Shown piece by piece: positions 1-9,000 of a stretch of 64,000 nucleotides of DNA. The stretch covers positions 5,748,761-5,812,760 of the forward strand of contig SMSO01000031.1 of NCBI GenBank assembly GCA_004764695.1. The letters are read 5' to 3'. The notes under the pieces are model-generated. The model ran no database searches, had not been told where the DNA came from, and worked only from the letters and a program-made list of their open reading frames with translations. The DNA is from Schizochytrium sp. TIO01. Its lineage: Eukaryota; Protista; Bigyra: Labyrinthulomycetes. Numbering within the stretch: the first letter of the stretch is position 1; every line of letters starts with the position of its first letter. A program made the position numbers and the translations under genes.

Positions 1-3000
1 CACTATGTGTAATGTACGCTGTATCAGCACTGAGACTCACCGGCCCACTCGCGGATATACCGCCAACGCCACTCAGTGCACCTCCATTCACGGTCATGCC
101 GTTTACAATGACATTGCCACCAGAGCTGATGTCCAAATCTGCTCCTGTGCCACCATTATGAGTAATGGATTGTCCAAGAGAGCTCGCCATGAGTAGACTA
201 CCGGCAGAGTTTGTTAGGTCACCACTCATTCCAAGATCACCCACTGAAGACACGTCGGTGGCGTCAAACGTGATACCCTCAATAGCTACATTGCCCCCAG
301 ATGAGATCAGTAGCTGGCTACCAGTGCCACCAGTGTGTGTGATAGCTTGCGAGCTTGTCGAAGCAAGAAGCAAACTTCCAGCAGAGGTGGTGAAGTCGCT
401 GGTCATAGTCAAGGTTGAAACACCATCGACAGCGGTGCCTGTAAAGGTGACGTCCTCGACTGCAACAAAGCCAGACGCCGACTCGATAGTCAACGACGTA
501 GCGCCTGTATGCAAGATTTGTGCTTCATCTTTAGAGAGCACCAAGTCATCCGAACTGTCAACCCCGGACGCTCCAGAAATAAAACCGTCCTTCAAGGTAA
601 CCCCATTGATTACAACATTGCCTCCAGACCCGATTGTGAGGTCCTCGCCAGACCCACCTGTATGTGTAATGGCTTGTGCTAGAGAAGAGGCCAGCAAGAC
701 ATTCCCTGCACTATTCGACAGGTCTCCACTCATGCTCATCTCACCTATGGAAGAAACCGATGTCCCATCAAAAATGACATCTTCCACCAACACACTTCCA
801 CTTTGCGAGCTTACGCTCAAAGATGTGGTACCAGTATGAAGAATTGAGCTCGTATCTTTAGTCATCGCCAAATCATCATCCATGGTCACGGCCTGCACAC
901 CAGTCATTGTGCCATGATCGATAGTGATCCCGTTGATTACAACATTGGCACCAGAGCTAATAGTGAGATCTTCACCTGCGCTACCCGTGTGCGTGATGGC
1001 TTGACTACTTGCAGATGCAAGGAATATATTGCCAGTATCAATACTGAGATCACTGGACATCTCTGCCGATGCAATGCCTGTGAGAACTCCATTTTTCACA
1101 GTGACCCCATTCACGACAATATTTCCAGCTTGAGAACTGATCAAGAAGTCTTGGCCGGCTCCTCCCGTGTGCGTGATTGCCTGAGACAGCGAGCTTGTAA
1201 GGTAGAGATTGCCAGAAGAAGATGAAATATCGCCTGACACTGAGATTGTCGATATCGAAGAAATACTTTGACCGTCAAAGACAACGTCTTCAATTTGCAC
1301 GGTTCCTAACGTCGATGAAAGTGCTAGAGATGTAGCTCCAGAATGCTGGATACGCGCAGTGTCTTTTGAGAACGAAGCATCGTCACTCATGGTGATGCTG
1401 GTGACTCCAGACAGTGCTCCAGAGTTGTGCACTATGCCATTGATAACGACATTGGCTCCGGAAGATATAGTGAGATCTTGTCCTGTCGAGCCTGAATGAG
1501 CAATTGCTTGTGCACCTGAGCTGGATAGTAGAAAATTACCAAGTGAAAGGGTAGCATCCCCGGAGACAATCTCCAGCTGGCCATTCATAGTTAAATCTGT
1601 CACCCCAGAAATATCAGTCCCATCCATTGTGATCCCCTCTACGGTGACAGAGCTAGCTGAAGAGATTGAGAGTGAACTTGTTCCAGAATGTTCGATTGTT
1701 GCACTGTCTTCTGTGAAGGTAAGGTCTGCGCTCATTGTAAGACTCGTGACCCCCGTAACAGTACCCTCGTTTACACTGACACCATCTAGAACAAGATCAC
1801 CGTTTGAACTAAGAACGAATGCTGAGTTATCTGTGTGCGATATTTCTTGGGATCCAGTACCTGAAAGTATGATGTTTCCACCACTATTCGTAAGGTCGCC
1901 CTCCATAGTGATGCTTATCGCACCGCTGACAGCTCCATTGTTGATCGTGACATCATCAAGAATGAGGTCCCCACCGGAGGTTACTTCTAAAGTACTAGAG
2001 TCGTCATGCGAAATCAGTTGAGATCCAGCTTTACTAAATGTCAGATCTCCGCCGGAGATTTCGACACTGCTAGACACTGTCAAGGTTGAAACTCCAGTGA
2101 CAATGCCATCTTGTACTGAAACACCATCTAAAACTAGTTTCCCACCAACAGATGATACCTCAAGATCACCTCCACCGGTTTGTGATATAGTTTGTAGGCT
2201 TGACGATGAGAGTAAAAAATCGCCACTTTCAAGCGTTGCTCCTCCAGAAGAAAGAACAAGATCCCCGCTCATGTCAATGGTTGTAACGCCAGAAAGTGCA
2301 CCAGATGACACTGTAACACCATCCACAAGTACATCACCGCCAGACTCAATCGTTAAGTCGACTCCAACCCCACCAGTATGTGTAATCTTCTGACTACCTG
2401 AGGAGGTAAATAAAACACTTCCAGAGCTAAGCTCTATATCACCTGATTGTGTTGTCATAGTGTCTGTCATTGTTAGCGTCGAGATACCAGATAAAGAACC
2501 TTCATTTATCGTAACACCCTCCGTAATTAGGTTACCTCCAGTTACGATACTTAATGATGATGTTCCAGAGTGTGTGATAACGGCATCTTCACTTGTGAGC
2601 GTGATGCTGTCTGCTACTGCTAATGATGTGACTTCGGAAATGGAACCTTCGTTGATTGTAACACCATCTAGAACAACAGCGCCACCAGAATCAATAATTA
2701 GTTCGGAGCTATCAGGATGCGTAATTGTCTGAGAACCTTGACCAGAAAGCTGAAATGTTGTACCTGTGCTAGAGAAGGTGCCAGACACTGAAAGATCAGC
2801 AACCCCATCAATGTTCCCTGATTGGTGTGTTACGCCATCCGTAACAACACCTCCACCAGAGGAAATAGTCAGCAAAGATGAATGCGTATGAATGATGCTT
2901 TGCGGTCCCAGTGCACTTAAGGTAATGCCACTGCCGGACACATCAAGACTGCCACTCATCGCCATAGACCCAGCTCCTGAGATGTCGCCAGCATTAAATG

Positions 3001-6000
3001 TTACTTCCGCCGCAATAAGACTTCCAGAAGTGCTTATCTCTAGAGAAGTCGTTCCAGTGTGAAGAATCGTAGCCATATTGTTGGTGAACTCAATACCCTC
3101 TGTAAGTTGAAGATTGCCGACATCAAACATATCTCCATCTTGGATCGAGACCCCATCTACCACAACATTTCCGCCTGAAGAAATTAAAAGATCCTCACCA
3201 GATCCACCTAAATGACTTATTGCCTGTGAGGTTGCGCTATCAAATACAACGTTACCATTACTTAAAGAAAGATCTCCACCACCCATGCTTAAAGCACTGA
3301 TCCCGCTCATCTCACTGCCATCAATATAGATATCCTCCATAGCAATGGAGCCTGAGCTTGCACTCACGGCTAAATCACCAGATCCAAGATGAAGTAATTG
3401 TGCTGCAGAACCACTCAACATGAGGCTCTGAACTGCTGAGATCTCTCCCTGATTTATTGTCACGTCATTTACTACAACATTTCCTCCAGAGGAAATACTT
3501 AAATCTCCTCCGCTTGTGCTACCAGTGTGCGTAATATGTTGACTTGCTGAATTTGTGAACAAAAGACCTCCGGCTGCTAAAGAAATGTCATTGGCCGTTT
3601 GCAAAGTGCTCACCCCAGTAATATCCCCAGAATCGAATGTGATATCGTCTATCATAATTATGTTTGAAGTAGAGGTAATTGACAAAGAAGTACTTCCGGT
3701 GTGAGCCAATGAAGCAAGCTCCCCACTTAAAAGTAAGTCCGCTGACATTTCAATGCTCGATACACTCGTTATTGCGTTGCCATCAAAGACAACATTTTCG
3801 ATGCCCACAGTTCCTGATGATGAAAGAATGCTGAGGGAAGTAGCGCCAGTATGTGTAATGGTGGCATCGTTTTGTGTCAATATTAAACTCCCGGACATTG
3901 AAAGGTCAGACACTCCTCGCAGTTCTCCATCATTCAATGTGACGCCATCAACCACAATGTTTCCACCTGACGTGAGTGTTAAGTCCTCACCAATACCTCC
4001 GGTGTGAGAAATTGATTGAGCTGTTGAGCTTCCTAAAAATATGCTTCCGAGAGAGAGAGTTAGGTCTCCAGACATTCCCAACCCATCGATGCCTTCTACT
4101 TGCCCTGTTTTAAAAGTAGCTCCTGCAATCACGACATTTCCTCCTGATGACAGGATTTCAAGATCTGCGCCAGCACTACCGATGTGCGTTATCTTTTGAG
4201 CGGATGTTGAAGAAAATAGAATACTACCTGCGCTCATCGAAAGGTCTTCAGACATTGAAAGAGATCCAACGTTTGAGAGATCACTACCATCGAACGCAAC
4301 ATTTTCAATAGTTACCAAACCAGAGGTCGACTCGATTGACAGACTAGTGCTTCCAGCGTGTGTGATTGCTCCAATGTCTTTGGTCATTGTTAAATCCGCA
4401 CTCATTGAGAGATCCACCACTCCTGAAACAGATCCTCCATTGAAAAGAACATCCTCAACGCGGACGATTCCACTAGACGAAGTAATGACAAGACTGGTGC
4501 TACCAGTGTGGGTGATCTGGGCAGCATCTTGACTCATTGTCATCGAGTTTGACATGGAAAGCGTGGAAATACCATCCACAGCTCCTGTTGCAAATGAGAT
4601 TCCTTCTACAACAACGTTACCACTAGAAGAGTCAATAGTAAGGTCTTGTGCTGCGGCCCCAGTATGTAAAATTGACTGAGCACCGCTGCTCGTAAGCAAG
4701 ATTTGCCCACTTGAAATGGAAAGATCATTAGTCACCGAAAGCGATCCAATACCAGTAATATCACCGCCATTAAAGACGACATCTTCTACAGATACAGTTC
4801 CAGATGAAGAAGAAATTGCAAGAGATGATGATCCTAAGTGAGAAATTTGGGCGATCGACTTTGTCAGTGATAGGTCTCCTGACATGTCAACTGTTGTAAC
4901 AGAGGAAAGAGCTCCATCAGAGATGATTACATCCTCAACCCGAACAGGACCTTGATCTGATACCACATGGAGTTCAGTTGCTCCGGTATGTCGAATAGTG
5001 GTAGTTGACTTGGACAGAGAAAGGTCATCCGTCATGCCCAAGGTAGAAACTTGTGATATTGCTTGATCTTGAAAGAGAACACTCTCAATATTCACCAACC
5101 CTAAAGCGCTTTCCAATACAAGTTGTGTGTTTCCTGTATGCTGAATTCCTACGGAGTCCCCAATCATGGTTATGTCACTAGCTATGCTCATAGAAGATAT
5201 GCCAGAAAGAGCAGAGTTAGCATGGGTAACGCCATCTACAACTACATTTCCACTTGAAGAAGAAATGTCAAGGTCAGCTCCGGCCGCCCCACTATGCGTG
5301 ATTTGTTGAGAGGCCGTTGATTGTAAATCGATATTTCCAGATGCCATAGTGAGGTCTCCATTCATCGAAACAGTCGAAACAGATGAAAGTGCAGCTCCCT
5401 GAAATATTACATCTTCAATTTTTACAGTACCAGAGGTCGAGACTACCTCCAAAGAACCTGCACCTGAATGTTCTATGCGCGCTGTGTTTGCAGTCAGCTG
5501 CAACGGCCCTGCCATGGTCTGCGAAGACACCCCCGAAAGTTCTCCATTGCTAACCGTTACTCCATCTAGCACAACATTACCTTCTGATCTAATCGTAAAG
5601 TCTTGTCCTGATCCACCAGAGTGAATGATGGCTTGAGCATTGGAAGACTGCAATAAGATATTTCCTGTACTCAATCTCAAAATACCATTTATGTCAATAT
5701 CTTGAATATTTGACATTGAGGCGCTGTCAAACAGAATATCTTCAACACTGATGCATCCACTTGTTGAAGTGATGCTAAGAAGAGTTGCTCCCGAGTGATC
5801 AATATAAGACATATCAGCACTCAACTCAAGACGATTTTCTATCTGTAAATCAGTAACGCCACTCACTGCCGCAGCGTCAAAGGTTATATCCTCAATCAAT
5901 ACAGTCCCAGCTGAGGAGACAATAGTCAACGAAGTCACTCCTGAGTGCGCGATGGTTGCGGTATCTTTGGACACCGTTATATCGCCACTGGCCTGGAGTG

Positions 6001-9000
6001 TAGAGACTCCGGTAATTGTAGTGTCCTGGAAAGTAACCCCTTCAAGATAAACAACTCCTGAATCTGATTCAATCGTGAGAGATGTCCCGCCGCTATGCTG
6101 GATACGCGTCACATCTTTTGAAAATCGCAAATCATCTGACATATCGATAGTAGAAACCCCAGATAATGCATCGCCTTCAAACGTTACGCTTTCAACAATA
6201 ACATTACCTTGTACACTAGACAACGAGAAATCACCTACTCCACCTGGACTACCAGTGTGTACAATTTCTTGACTTGAAGTTGATTGAAAATAAGCATTAC
6301 CCAGTGTACTACTGATATCACCAGAAAGGTCAAGATTTCTGACTTCGGAAATATCAGGGCCGTCAAATGTAACACTCTCAAGAGATACATAACCCGACTG
6401 AGACGCAATAGTGAGAGATGTAGTACCACTATGCGTCAAAGAAGCAGCGTTCTTACTCATAGTCAAATCATTGGACATTGATAAAGTTGTTACCGAAGAC
6501 ATCGCGGACCCACTAAAAACTACGTTCTCGACCACAACATTGCCTGCAGTGCTTACAAGATGAAGATCCCCATTCGCGCCTCCAGTATGGCGGATTCGCT
6601 GAGTAACTGTGCTCGTAAATGAGACGTCGCTATTAACAGCGATTGTTTCCACGTTTGAAACAGCTCCGCCACTAAACTGGACATCTTCTATACTTACTGT
6701 TCCCGAGGCTGAAGATATTGCAAGACCTATAGCTCCGCTGTGCACTACATGAGCTTCTGATTGAGACATTATCAGATCGCCCGACATTGAAACAGTTCCA
6801 ATCGCGGATATATCTGCTCCGCTAAACGTGACGTCTTCAACAGTCACAGCACCTTGATCACTAATAATTTGAAGATTACCTGTTGTACCAGTGTGTACAA
6901 TGTTTTGCTTGGTGCTCGCGGAGAGAATAAGATCCCCACTCGCAAGTTCCAAATCTCCAGATGTTTTGATACGGCCACCGTCTTGAAAAATTACATCTTC
7001 CACAACAACATTCGCATTGGTAGATGTTATAAAAAGGTCTTCATTGGAAATGCCTTCATGAATGATATTTTGTGTGCTGGTTGAAGCTAAAATCAAGTCC
7101 CCAGTTTGCAGAGTCAGTACATTCGGGATCACAAGAGATCCGTTTTTTGCTGTTACGCCATCGATTTGTACATTTCCAAATGTTGAGAAAACAACAAGGT
7201 CCTCTCCCACGGCACCTGTATGCAAAATTCTTTGTGATGTGACGCTTGTCAGATCCACATTTCCATTTAATGAAAGAAGACCATCTTCAAAAATAGCATT
7301 TTCAATGTCTACTGCCCCAGAGCTTGATGTAATAGTTAATGGTCCGTCAGATATGATCTCACTTCCTTCGTTGTTTGCATCGAGTATAAGGCTTTGTACA
7401 TTGCTAACAGTGGTGTTTTCAAACAAGATGTTCTCTATCTCAACTCCCTCGTTGGTAGAAGTTAATTTAAAGCGACCTTCTTGAGCTGTAAGACCTCGGG
7501 GAGAAACCCAAAGGGTTTCATTGAGGATAAGAGTGTCATTTTCATGCCGGAGATTCATCGTTGTAAGTAATCCGCCTGCACCATATACAGTGATATATTC
7601 TGCAGGCTGAGATTTAGCGCGCAAATCAAGCGCTGCAAATTCATAGTTCCCAATATCTAGATCAGCTGATGCGGTAAATGATGTGATACCGTTAATCTCT
7701 GCACTACTAGATATTTCTCGCCAGGCTACACCATCAAATATGAGCAAGACACTTCCTCCAGGTGGTATTGCAATATCCCCAGATGTAACCTCTTCGTCAT
7801 CATTTTGCAAAAATAATAACTGTCCAATAGAAGCCTGTGAAGTTGATATGGTCACCAGATTAGACTCCTGCGCACCATCACCTAAAATGCGGACAAAGCT
7901 TTGGTTGGTGAAAACATTTATTGAAGACCCAGCATTTACATTTGCCTTGTCAAAAATAACTTGTCCATTAGCATAGAAGGCGCCCGATGCAGTGATAGAA
8001 GCGCCATTCTGGGTACTAATAGCTTCTTCAGTCAGAATAGGCCCAAAACCAGGCTGTATGCTACCCACAGTTAAATTCCCTGTCATATTAATATCTTCCA
8101 TGTTGCCTGTAGTCAGAATGGTACCTGTTATAACTTTTGTGGGCACGACAAGGGTAGTGTCAGCGCTGTTCGGCGCTTGATCGATGCGTAAGATGACTTT
8201 GTAGGGGTCTGTTCGAGACACTTTAAAGTTGAGAGGTTCACTTCCAGTAATAATTGTGTCAAAGCGTGCAAAGTCATCATGACCATCGAGACCAACAATC
8301 ACATTGCCCGGTAGATACGTTATGCTATCCGAATCTCGATTGTTTTCAATATGCACGTCTCCTTCGCTAATGAGCTGGTCGCCAGTAATGCCAAGACCGC
8401 CCTCGATCGTTAGATTATGTATTAGACTGAGATGCATCTGTTTGAAGTTGACGCGTGTCAAGTTCAATGCCCCGACCGTGATGTATTCAATGAAGTTTGG
8501 CGGATTGAGTTCACGACTAACGATAGTTGCGTTCGTTATATCAATTGCATCCAATACATTCAAACGGCTAGCATTGAGTGTTTCTCCCACTTCTGCACTC
8601 GACACCATGACTTGACCTGCGCGAATTGTGTTTTCAAGGCCAATGTTAATATCTCCGAAACCTTCAGAGATAGATCCAGTCTGCAGTTCACCTCCGACAT
8701 TTAAGTCACCGTCAATTGTTACGTTGTATAATGCGTGAAGAAGTGGCGTGATCACTTGCATCTGACTCGTGTTTAGACGAAGCAGTGTCTCGGATCCAAT
8801 CCGGGTCTGCAGGTCATCCGATGTGCGAATCAATTGTGCACCTTCGGTCAGGTTGGTGCTTGCAGAGTGCGCAAGCATAATTGCTGCACCTTCTTCTGTA
8901 ATACCAACCTGGATCATAGGAAGATGCTCATGGTTTCCTGAATCCTCATTTGTCTCAAGGGGTGTCACCAGCAATGATGGGGCTTCCAGAGTTCCATATG

